Virus record (IMG/VR): IMGVR_UViG_3300038318_000173
Location: 1-47,586 of that record
Reading direction: 5' to 3' (one strand)
DNA: 47,586 nt
Source: a virus
Lineage: Duplodnaviria > Caudoviricetes
In this document: piece after piece, positions 47,417 through 47,586 of the stretch
How the letters are laid out: each line of letters opens with the position of its first letter
Numbering within the stretch: position 1 is the stretch's first letter
The notes under the pieces: generated by a model
What the model was told of the DNA's origin: nothing
What the model saw: the letters and a program-made list of their open reading frames with translations, nothing else
Databases searched by the model: none
Translations under genes and position numbers: made by a program

Positions 47417-47586
47417 CTATGCCCTGTTGTCTTGTATTACATAACCCATATAGTTATATATGTTCTCATATTCGCACTCCATTAAATATTCGCACTCCAT
47501 TAAATACATTTTTTTGTTTCCGTCATCTATTAGATAAAAACTTCTTTTTTCATCTTTTCCGTCAAAATAAAGATAACTAGCTTCTT
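47417..47586 (-). CDS. 3' end of hypothetical protein (start outside window) with in-frame 18-bp duplication
   Basis: ...GNKKMYLMECEYLMECEYENIY...DNRA*. Confidence 0.5.
   Translation of the reverse strand, partial: EASYLYFDGKDEKRSFYLIDDGNKKMYLMECEYLMECEYENIYNYMGYVIQDNRA

Noticed and set aside
45294-47506. CRISPR array or mini-array
   Set aside because: Repeats are 8-18 bp or promoter modules, with no constant repeat plus unique spacer structure; no cas genes

Overview
AT-rich segment of a large tailed phage or prophage of a low-GC Gram-positive (probably Clostridia-like) host, organised like SPbeta-type phages. Bases 1-8428 (+) hold the end of the tail module and the lysis cassette. Bases 8472-45889 (-) are a long early/middle region: nucleotide metabolism (dUTPase relic, 5'-nucleotidase, ThyX-like, class III RNR, NrdG, NrdH), sigma factor, RecD-like helicase, DnaE, three DNA methyltransferases, RecJ, beta-CASP nuclease, primase, helicase, AAA ATPase/SSB, many small genes and a tyrosine recombinase, punctuated by near-perfect sigma-A promoters. 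The last ~1.7 kb is regulatory-looking, with a duplicated promoter/operator module and a candidate sRNA. Most notable: (1) a stand-alone phage GGDEF protein with the Hypr-type Asp-to-Ser change and no I-site, in a genome that also has a Tad2-like sponge; (2) simple-sequence-repeat frame switches in DNA-modification genes ((AG)18 ON, G7 OFF, and a GT(AG)5TAA relic); (3) nrdD split into two separately translated halves by a free-standing homing endonuclease with no visible intron. Family assignments come from motif recognition by eye; no searches were run.
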